Source: Candidatus Hodarchaeota archaeon
GTDB taxonomy: Archaea > Asgardarchaeota > Heimdallarchaeia > Hodarchaeales > Hodarchaeaceae
NCBI GenBank assembly: GCA_016840035.1
Contig: JAEOTC010000251.1
Coordinates: 1-15,634, forward strand
Direction of reading: 5' to 3'
Length of the DNA: 15,634 bases
Shown piece after piece: positions 1 through 7,186 of the stretch (position 1 is its first letter; each line of letters begins with the position of its first letter). The notes under the pieces were generated by a model. It saw only the letters and a program-made list of their open reading frames with translations. It was not told where the DNA came from and made no database searches. The position numbers and the translations under genes are program-made.

Positions 1-2573
1 AACATTCTTGACAACTGTTGTATGTTCATTCCTAAAGATCTTTCCACAGCAAGTTCACGAGCACGTCCATGTAATTGATTATAACCGTAAAATAGAATGG
101 CCAAAATTATTACTGCAAGAGAGATGATAAAAAGAACATTGAAATGAAAAAAGAGAATCTGCACATTTACTGAATCCGTAACTTCATGAATAAGCTCTTC
201 AGCAAAAATAAGCGAGTAATTACCGTAAGTTTTCTTCATAGCAGTAAAATTAGCGGATTGTGAAAGATCGAGATAGTATCCCTCTTGTAAAATGGAAATT
301 GGAACCCCGACGGATGATAATGCTGTAAATGTTTCATTACTAATGACGAGTTTGGGTGTAGCGATCGAAGATGAAGGATGAGTCTGGATTAAGCGCGGCC
401 AATAGTTAAAAGAACCTAAGATACTCAACGAAATAGATCCATTATTTTCTGTAGTAATCGACAGAGAATCACCAATTTTCTGTTTAGAAATATCTTGAAA
501 TTCTTCATTTACCAATACTGATAAATTATTCGATAGTAAGTCAGAAATAACCTGAGATTTCACGAAATTATTTTCAAAATAACCTACATCCAAAAATGAC
601 GGAAACACAACAAATGTTTCTAAGGAAATAGGGGATGTTGGAGAAATTGGAAGACTTACAATAGCAAATCGAACATGAGATTGGACATTCGGATCATTGA
701 AGAAGGATGCTTCTAGACTATTATTCCAAAAGTGGTCATAAAAACAGTCAGCACCAACTGAATAATAAGCATTCCGAATACTATTCGACTGAACATTGTC
801 GGGTACCACAAACATTGCCAAAGAAATGGAAAAAATCAGCGAAAATAATAAAATTATCTTTGTTACTGCAAATTTCTGGCGAGTCATATTAGTAACAGAA
901 TATGATATTAAATTTCCAAACCGTTTCCAAAGCTTTTGAGCAATGAAGTTCAGGATTGGATGAATGAGGCGAGAAAGCATCATAATACCTCCTATTAAAA
1001 GGAAAAAAGGAAATGGAATGAATATAACCACCAAAAAGAGTAAAAAGAAGAATGAGAGCACACCTAATTCCATAAATACATTGGTGAAAGACGCATTAAA
1101 TATAAGGTTAAGAAAGAATATATTTCCAATAACACCCATTGCTAAAAGAAGAAAATTAACTTTGTTTTGTTTCCAAAATGGAGATGGAGTACTAGATGAT
1201 TGGGACTCACCAATATCGAGTTTGCTTAATCCAAACATACGACTTATAATAATCACTCCTGAAATTGCTCCACCCAACAATAATATAGCAGGAACAGAAT
1301 AGGAAAATGTGAAGAAAATATCTAAACTCAATAAAACGGTATTAATTGTAATTCCAAGTCCTGATCCTAGTATAAAAGCAAAAAAAAGTGAAAAAAACCC
1401 TTCGATGAATATTATTGCCATTAATTGAAATGTACTAACCCCACGTAACCGAATAAGTTGAATATGGGTTTTTCGCTGCTCAATAAACATATTTGTAGAA
1501 AAATTTGCAAAGAACATGGCAATTAACAAGCTAGGAATCATTAAAAGAAGACCAAAAATGGTTAATAGGAATATTTCATCATAGAGATCTTCAAACTCAA
1601 CTAAATCAAGTTTGTTAGTGGTAGTGTAGAAAATATTATCCAATGGAACATATCTTTGTGGCAAAATTTGGATAGGGGAATAACCGAGAGCAGCTGAAAA
1701 TGTTTGAACATCCTTTATGATTTTTTGGAGAGAGAAAAATGTTGCTTTTCCTTTTAGGGATATTGAAAATTGAGCAGTGACGTGTCCCTTAATCCCTGTT
1801 TCAAGAAATAATGAGCTGATATTACTAAAGAGTTCATGGTCTGTATGAAAGCCAGAATGGACTATCGGATTATTAATAAGAAAGGGATCAGAAATTACCC
1901 ATTCATGATAATCAGAAGATCTTGGATCAATAACTGGAGAGTAGATCCCTACTATAGTCACATTGAAATTGGCTTTAGGTATTTGATTGACTTCAATTGA
2001 AATAGTTACATTATTCCCAAGCTGGACAATCCCTTCTATGTCTTCTTCATGTTGAGATTTATGAGACGTACTATGTATGAATATCATTTCTCCAGGATTA
2101 AATGGAAGTCTACCCTGAAAATTAGGTAATGTTACGACCTCATCTAATTGGGACCGATTTAATGAGGCAATTCCAATATATCTACTTACATTTTTTTCAG
2201 TTAGTGGATTAAATGCAAATATTTTTTGATGATTAAGCTCACAAAAGTTGAGCGAAAAATATTGGTCATCTGAGATAATATCTGCTAGATCATGACTCTC
2301 TGCAGTCTCTAAGACAAGATTACGCAATATTTTAGCTTCATTCTCTAAAAGATCCTTAGAGAATGTTTTATCAAAGCGAATCCCCCAAAAACTAATATCA
2401 CCTTTTTGTGACACCTGTTGGTCAACATAATCCATCTTAAACGATAAATCACTTGTAAAAGTTGTGGTCAGAAGTGCAATTACAATGATCAATCCGATAG
2501 TCGTGACCAGAATATTGTTTCTATCTTCTCGTAGGTTTTCTTTAATAAAATCAAAAAAACTTAGTATACTCAT
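1..2573 (-). CDS. FtsX/MacB-like ABC transporter permease, 3' end outside the window
   Basis: Manual translation from ATG at 2573 (MSILSFFDFIKENLREDRNNILVTTIGLIIVIALL...) showed no stop in the stretches read and appears open to the window edge. It has an N-terminal TM helix, a large soluble loop, the FtsX-type motif EQRKTHIQLIRLRGVS followed by several TM helices, then a second repeat starting NAYYSVGAD. Confidence 0.85.
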   Translation of the reverse strand, partial: MSILSFFDFIKENLREDRNNILVTTIGLIIVIALLTTTFTSDLSFKMDYVDQQVSQKGDISFWGIRFDKTFSKDLLENEAKILRNLVLETAESHDLADIISDDQYFSLNFCELNHQKIFAFNPLTEKNVSRYIGIASLNRSQLDEVVTLPNFQGRLPFNPGEMIFIHSTSHKSQHEEDIEGIVQLGNNVTISIEVNQIPKANFNVTIVGIYSPVIDPRSSDYHEWVISDPFLINNPIVHSGFHTDHELFSNISSLFLETGIKGHVTAQFSISLKGKATFFSLQKIIKDVQTFSAALGYSPIQILPQRYVPLDNIFYTTTNKLDLVEFEDLYDEIFLLTIFGLLLMIPSLLIAMFFANFSTNMFIEQRKTHIQLIRLRGVSTFQLMAIIFIEGFFSLFFAFILGSGLGITINTVLLSLDIFFTFSYSVPAILLLGGAISGVIIISRMFGLSKLDIGESQSSSTPSPFWKQNKVNFLLLAMGVIGNIFFLNLIFNASFTNVFMELGVLSFFFLLFLVVIFIPFPFFLLIGGIMMLSRLIHPILNFIAQKLWKRFGNLISYSVTNMTRQKFAVTKIILLFSLIFSISLAMFVVPDNVQSNSIRNAYYSVGADCFYDHFWNNSLEASFFNDPNVQSHVRFAIVSLPISPTSPISLETFVVFPSFLDVGYFENNFVKSQVISDLLSNNLSVLVNEEFQDISKQKIGDSLSITTENNGSISLSILGSFNYWPRLIQTHPSSSIATPKLVISNETFTALSSVGVPISILQEGYYLDLSQSANFTAMKKTYGNYSLIFAEELIHEVTDSVNVQILFFHFNVLFIISLAVIILAILFYGYNQLHGRARELAVERSLGMNIQQLSRM

Positions 2574-2776
2574 AGCTGTTTCACGAATGGAAATAGTAGA
2601 TAAATTCAGAACTAATAGATACTGGTATCAACCTTAAACATAAATCCTTACAATGTATTATATGGATTCTTTCTTTATTCGAATATTTCAATCAATTCTT
2701 CTTTTATACTTAACTAAGAACTTTAAATTATTTGAAGGAAAATTCCTCCTTTGGATTAATGAATGAGTGGTTGAAA

Positions 2777-2959
2777 TCAAACCATAACGCTTTGTTTTCC
2801 AGCTTCATCATAGAGCTGGAAAAAATAATCAATCGTGGTGTGGATTAACTGTTGGTCTTCAGTAATAACACCTGCTTCATGTAGAACAGTCATAGAACGT
2901 TCTATCAAATTTGCTGACCCTAAGTACATTTTAATTTCATCAGATATAATCAATTTCTC
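2777..2959 (-). pseudogene. C-terminal fragment of a phospholipase D (HKD)-like nuclease/phosphodiesterase domain
   Basis: The frame reads EKLIISDEIKMYLGSANLIERSMTVLHEAGVITEDQQLIHTTIDYFFQLYDEA..., matching (H)xKxxxxD-x5/6-GSANL...E-x-G. A TAA stop (2960-2962) sits at the position of the catalytic His. Confidence 0.6.
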
Positions 2960-3232
2960 TTAATTTAGCTAAGACTCTATTTTATATAATTTTCTATAAA
3001 GTCGAAAAGCTTCATAGACAAGATTCAAGCTAGTTCTTGATTTTAGAGACAAGACTCACTTTCAGTTATCTTTCGTCACTGGCATTACCATAGATAGAAT
3101 GACTCCATAGGTTCCGTGAAGGTCAAGAAATGATCTATACTAAAAAGAACCAAGAAAAAACCACAAAAAAATGTAATTCAGTTATTAGCTTTTAAGGATT
3201 ATTTTTCTCTATTACTTGTCCTTAAGGATGTG

Positions 3233-3319
3233 TCCTGCAATACCCTGCAAACCAGTTTCTCATAAAACTTCTAGGGGAAAAACTGAAAGATTTAAAGCTT
3301 CATCCTGCAATACCCTGCA
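3233..3319 (+). repeat. Left 87-bp direct repeat (att-like), two TCCTGCAATACCCTGCA cores 70 bp apart
   Basis: Aligns without gaps to 13672-13758 with 8 mismatches. TGCA-ataccc-TGCA occurs at 3236-3249 and 3306-3319. Confidence 0.95.
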
Positions 3320-3523
3320 GATAAATAAGGTCTGATGAGAGGCGAACTCGATTGTTCGAATTTCACGCAGAATGAATGGTTAGGAAATCAACAAAAAACG
3401 TAATAGAACGATTTTTCAAACAAGATCTCTCTTGATAATAGTAGTGAAATTACCTATAATTTGTAGTGCTTTTGCTGTGAATGGTCTTCTTTGAAGGTAT
3501 GTGAATTTCATTTTGCATGTCAT

Positions 3524-3566
3524 TTGACACTCATTTTCGGGAAATGGGAGTCAAAGAGTATATAAG
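3524..3566 (+). promoter_or_regulatory. Imperfect inverted repeat plus archaeal TATA box for the 3587 ORF
   Basis: TTGACACTCATTTT-cgg-GAAATGGGAGTCAA (3524-3554, 11/14 paired) is followed by TATATAAG (3559-3566), which ends 20 nt before the ATG. This is consistent with a leaderless archaeal transcript. Confidence 0.55.
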
Positions 3567-3586
3567 ATAGTTAGCTGATGGATTAG

Positions 3587-3982
3587 ATGGTTACTACAAT
3601 GACCCAAGAACAAAACTTGATAAAGCAAAAATCTGAGAAATCAGAGTCAGTAGCACCAGCAATCCCCAACCCCCACAATGAGATCAAAGCAATCTTTGAT
3701 CCACCAACAGAATTACCAATCGTCTGCCTTGAGGCAAGTGAACGGTCATTCATATTAGACCGAAGATGGGCAGGTAAACGAACAGCTGAAATTGTCCAAA
3801 AGAAATTTGGTGGTTACGGTATCGTTACCAATGAACAGCTGAGCCAAGCAACCAAACAAGCGTGGGATGAACGAGTTGCTGTCTGCCAAGCATTGACTCA
3901 GGAGAATAAAACTCCTGTTGAGGCTGAACCAGAGTCAGGGAACCCTGAACCAACACAGAACACAGTGGAGAAAGCTATCTAG
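3587..3982 (+). CDS. Hypothetical protein, 131 aa
   Basis: Stand-alone ORF with a TATA box upstream and an oligo-T tract downstream. No family recognised. Confidence 0.75.
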   Translation: MVTTMTQEQNLIKQKSEKSESVAPAIPNPHNEIKAIFDPPTELPIVCLEASERSFILDRRWAGKRTAEIVQKKFGGYGIVTNEQLSQATKQAWDERVAVCQALTQENKTPVEAEPESGNPEPTQNTVEKAI

Positions 3983-3987
3983 CTTAG

Positions 3988-4009
3988 TTCTCTTCTCCCC
4001 TTTTTTTCC
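3988..4009 (+). terminator. Pyrimidine/oligo-T archaeal-type terminator
   Basis: TTCTCTTCTCCCCTTTTTTTCC directly after the stop codon, between convergent genes. Confidence 0.5.
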
Positions 4010-4047
4010 AGATGTTGTTTATTGTGCTTATTTATAGCCAAATTTAT

Positions 4048-4962
4048 TTAAAACAGAACCTGTTGGCTGATCCCATCGAGGACATTAAAACACATTCTGA
4101 TAAATTTATCCTTCTTTTCGTAATTAGTCACTATTGTACTCTTGAATGAGCTCATTAGTGTAGCATAGAATTTATCATTAACAACTCGTTTTTCAGTAGT
4201 CTTAGATCTGACTTTTTTTCGTTTCTGCTTTTTTTGAAGAGCTTTCATGAACTCTTGAGGAGAATAATATTCACCCTTTTTTTCAGGATAATGCTCAATA
4301 CCCTGTTCAGCATAAATCAACTTCAGAAATGTTCCCATCTTCTCTTTGGCGTCATCCTCATTATCCTCCGCGGAAATAAGATACTTTTGATTAATACTAC
4401 TTCCAAAAGACCTCATGGATGCAAGATCGCTTGATAAAAGCAAATAGGGAAAACTTTCAGGGTATTTTTTCAAACGAGTGAAGATGGAGTTCCAACGCAG
4501 AACAACCAAAACTTCTCTATTAAAGAACATCTTAAGGAACCATTCCCCTGTTTTTTGGCGATTTTTCTTGATTTGTTTAACAAGGAGTAATTTTTGTTCT
4601 TCATCGTGTTCGTCTCTACCCACTGGTTTCGACTTGTCCCCTCCTTCATAGAGATATTCAAACAAGAAGTCCACTACTGCCTTAAAATCAATAGTGCTTT
4701 TTCGTTCTCTAAGACTGAGATTATCTGGATCATTCTTGATCATTCCAGCCCCTCTATTATCCAAATACGACAATGCTTCAGAGATATTTCCCTCTGAACT
4801 TCCTTTGGGATTTTTTCGTATCATAAATTTTGAAATTTCGACATTTTTACACGGTTTTTTCCAACAACATCCGAGAATGCCCGCTACTACTTCTATTGAT
4901 GGTGTGTAACCTTTTCTTTTTTCTTCAAAGATTCTATCAATTTGGATTGTCATTTTTTTCAT
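4048..4962 (-). CDS. Hypothetical protein with a probable N-terminal winged-HTH, candidate repressor
   Basis: 304-aa ORF. The segment NVEISKF...SSEGNISEALSYLDNRGAGMIK resembles a wHTH recognition helix and wing. It is transcribed divergently from the replication operon. Confidence 0.6.
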   Translation of the reverse strand: MKKMTIQIDRIFEEKRKGYTPSIEVVAGILGCCWKKPCKNVEISKFMIRKNPKGSSEGNISEALSYLDNRGAGMIKNDPDNLSLRERKSTIDFKAVVDFLFEYLYEGGDKSKPVGRDEHDEEQKLLLVKQIKKNRQKTGEWFLKMFFNREVLVVLRWNSIFTRLKKYPESFPYLLLSSDLASMRSFGSSINQKYLISAEDNEDDAKEKMGTFLKLIYAEQGIEHYPEKKGEYYSPQEFMKALQKKQKRKKVRSKTTEKRVVNDKFYATLMSSFKSTIVTNYEKKDKFIRMCFNVLDGISQQVLF

Positions 4963-4997
4963 CTATATTGTTTTTTAAAACAATGATTTTTAAACCC

Positions 4998-5050
4998 TTC
5001 GGAAATTTGTTTATTCTCCGAATGCTTCGGAAATATACAGATCACCCGAA
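4998..5050. promoter_or_regulatory. Two tandem palindromic operators TTCGGA-N13-(T/C)CCGAA
   Basis: Sites at 4998-5022 and 5026-5050 with a 28-bp period, next to a TTTTTAAA TATA-like box (4987-4994) in the divergent intergenic region. Confidence 0.65.
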
Positions 5051-5110
5051 ACAATCAATGGAATCGTTATCCAAGAAGGTTTTTCACAATAACAAAGCAG
5101 AATAGAAATC

Positions 5111-5144
5111 TTTTAAAACATAGATATAACATGTTGTATTTGTG
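5111..5144 (+). promoter_or_regulatory. TATA-like box followed by a 26-bp imperfect palindrome
   Basis: TTTTAAAA (5111-5118), then CATAGATATAACATGTTGTATTTGTG (5119-5144, 10/13 pairs Watson-Crick). Confidence 0.5.
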
Positions 5145-5202
5145 AATCAAATTGACCCTACAACCAGAAAAAAAGAAGGCTGAAATCAATTATAACCTCA
5201 TA

Positions 5203-5337
5203 ATGGTTATATGTCAAAAATGCGGTTACAAATGGAATCCCCGCAGAAAAACAAGGCCAGTCAGGTGTCCCCATTGTCAGTGTCTTAAATGGGATAACTA
5301 TCAACCACCAAAAAAGCAGGGTGAAACAAGCCAATGA
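5203..5337 (+). CDS. Small zinc-ribbon protein (CxxC-x14-CxxC)
   Basis: MVICQKCGYKWNPRRKTRPVRCPHCQCLKWD is a motif typical of small zinc fingers of archaeal viruses and plasmids. ATG at 5203 is preferred over the TTG at 5152. Confidence 0.8.
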   Translation: MVICQKCGYKWNPRRKTRPVRCPHCQCLKWDNYQPPKKQGETSQ

Positions 5338-5474
5338 AAAATACTTCCTCTATCAATTCCCAAATTATCAATCAGTTCATCCGCACCCAAAAAACGAGTA
5401 ACGAGTACTTACGAAAAGAGCTTAATGCTTTGAAAGTGCGTGTAGAAGACCTAGAAAACTCTAAGCAGCATTAG
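5334..5474 (+). CDS. Small coiled-coil protein, 46 aa (below the ORF-track cutoff)
   Basis: MKNTSSINSQIINQFIRTQKTSNEYLRKELNALKVRVEDLENSKQH. It has an ATGA overlap with the zinc-ribbon stop, GGGTGA upstream and a heptad Leu/Val pattern. Confidence 0.6.
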   Translation: MKNTSSINSQIINQFIRTQKTSNEYLRKELNALKVRVEDLENSKQH

Positions 5475-5663
5475 AAACAAAAAAAGAGAGAATGGGCGAA
5501 TCATTCACCCCATGAATGTCCGCCTATATGAGAGTAGATCCAATGAAGAAAGACTACAAGCTAGCAGAGACTAGTCCCACTAATAAATCTTTTGATTCTA
5601 ATCCCGTCCCAAATATTGAGTTTTTCAAAAAGGGTTATCATTGGATAAAAGGAGGGATCTAAT

Positions 5664-6962
5664 ATGTCTAGCCCTGAAAAAAGAAAATTAGAGCTCCGAC
5701 CCGAAGACAAACAATTTCTGGCTTACCTGAAAAAACAAGGTCTTACCCCACAAGCCTCAGTAGTCTCCCACTGTCCCGATTGTGCTAATTATAACGAAGG
5801 GGGGTGTATCAAACACCACTGGTCTAGCATACCTCTAGAGAAAACGTCCTTTGTTTTTGATGAAAAATCCCCTGCCTACCATAAAAAACATCCAAGCCTT
5901 CACTGCCTTAACTGGCGAATTAAAACCCCCCAGAAGCCTTCTCGGGAAGAACAGATTAAGACGGAAGAGGAGGAGAAGAGAGAGGAACCTAATCTAAATG
6001 AGTATCATTGCCTGAAGAATTATTTTCCCCTTCTCAAAAATAAGGATGTTACAGAGAAGAAGAAACAATATGTTGCAGAGGATATTGTTTCTGCATTACA
6101 TCGTCAATACCCTGAAATAGACGAATTATCTATGTTAGAACAGATGGATAATTGGAACCAACAACTAAGGGATTCAGGCATATATGGGCTTTCACCTACG
6201 AGGAAGCACCGAGCGATAAAACGGGGGTTTGAGGAAAAACTCTCCTGCGAGCATTATAACGGTATTCTTCCTCTCCAAAAAGAATGTACTCTCTCTGATT
6301 GTCCTAAATATGATGGTACAATAGAACGGGAGAGAACTATAATTGAAAGGTTAGCAGATGAAATTACTCATATAAGACTTTTCAAGGGCGATAACACGGA
6401 GATGACCAAAGATGAATACACCATTTTTCTCCGAGATAAAAGTATTCTGTTATCACATAAGCAATTAATGAGACCAGCTCCTTTTATAGAAAAATATTTA
6501 CAGGTTTTTGGAGACTTACTTAAGATTAGTCCTAGTGAATGGTATATAATCTTCAATGAGATCATTAAACCAAAAATTACAGAGATCATAAAGGGAGAGA
6601 AAGTCGAAACAGAAGAATATTACCGAGAAATGTTTGTAGATTCTCTACATGAACGAGGAGTCGTTTATAGTTGGAATGAGGTTAATCGCAACTCTCCTGT
6701 TTATAATACCAAAGATTCAACCCTCTGGGTTCAAACTACAATTGTTGGGGAGCTAAAAGAGCAAATAGGACTAACTTGTAGCCTTAGAAAACTACGGTCG
6801 ATTCTAAACCCAGTTATAGCTCGTGGCGTGGAACGGAAACGGATTGGAGGAGGGGGAGCTCGGAGTTATTTTTGGATATTCAAGGGTGAAAAACTAGGAA
6901 TAGAACCTCCAATAGACAAACTAGACTCTTACATGAACAATAGCAAGGAAAGAAGAAAATGA
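5664..6962 (+). CDS. Putative replication initiator/primase-associated protein (Cys-rich N-terminus, PriCT-like helical domain, C-terminal wHTH-like region)
   Basis: GGAGG RBS at 5651. It contains CPDC-x7-C and MDNWNQQL...GLSPTRKHRAIKRG...LSCEH-x9-C-x4-CP, resembling primase C-terminal domains. It lies directly before an origin-like region and a helicase. No AEP catalytic or Walker A motif was seen. Confidence 0.55.
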   Translation: MSSPEKRKLELRPEDKQFLAYLKKQGLTPQASVVSHCPDCANYNEGGCIKHHWSSIPLEKTSFVFDEKSPAYHKKHPSLHCLNWRIKTPQKPSREEQIKTEEEEKREEPNLNEYHCLKNYFPLLKNKDVTEKKKQYVAEDIVSALHRQYPEIDELSMLEQMDNWNQQLRDSGIYGLSPTRKHRAIKRGFEEKLSCEHYNGILPLQKECTLSDCPKYDGTIERERTIIERLADEITHIRLFKGDNTEMTKDEYTIFLRDKSILLSHKQLMRPAPFIEKYLQVFGDLLKISPSEWYIIFNEIIKPKITEIIKGEKVETEEYYREMFVDSLHERGVVYSWNEVNRNSPVYNTKDSTLWVQTTIVGELKEQIGLTCSLRKLRSILNPVIARGVERKRIGGGGARSYFWIFKGEKLGIEPPIDKLDSYMNNSKERRK

Positions 6963-6967
6963 TTTTC

Positions 6968-7165
6968 AAATGTCCTATATATAGGGGAAAAACAAATGAT
7001 AGCGAGGAGTAGTAGTAGTGGTACTACTAGTACTACTACTATTCTATCTATTAAAAATATCATGGGACATGGGACACTAGAACTACTATCTTTTATCTAT
7101 GATGTTTTTTTATTTCCTAATAAAAGGAAATTTAATTTTGAAGTGTCCGATGAAGTGTCCTATAT
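6968..7165. other. Putative replication origin: inverted GGACA/TGTCC iterons around an AT-rich core, plus palindromes
   Basis: ATGGGAC x2 (7062-7075), TGAAGTGTCC x2 (7139-7148, 7151-7160), TGTCCTATAT x2 (6971, 7156), the CCTATATATAGG palindrome (6974-6985) and an AGTAGTAGTA/TACTACTACT stem (7008-7040). Confidence 0.65.
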
Positions 7166-7186
7166 CTTCTGGGAGGAGAGGTCAAA

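Noticed and set aside
707-1302. Plus-strand ORFs 707-892 and 964-1302
   Set aside because: They are antisense shadows of the long minus-strand permease gene.
3233-3319. Classical integron attC or tRNA-derived att site
   Set aside because: There are no RYYYAAC/GTTRRRY ends or long hairpin, no tRNA cloverleaf or T-loop motif, and no obvious IntI-specific insertion in the recombinase.
3332-3353. Hammerhead ribozyme-like CTGATGA-GAG-gcgaa-CTC
   Set aside because: It is followed by GATT rather than the required GAAA, and stems I and III were not found.
4234-5105. Short ORFs 4234-4434, 4470-4661, 4594-4797, 4694-4909 and 4830-5105
   Set aside because: They overlap the 304-aa gene on other frames or strands and show no recognisable motifs.
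5119-5144. Thermococcales-type dif site (TAGATATAA arm)
   Set aside because: The centre spacing is 4 bp rather than 6, and its position next to a TATA box fits an operator better.
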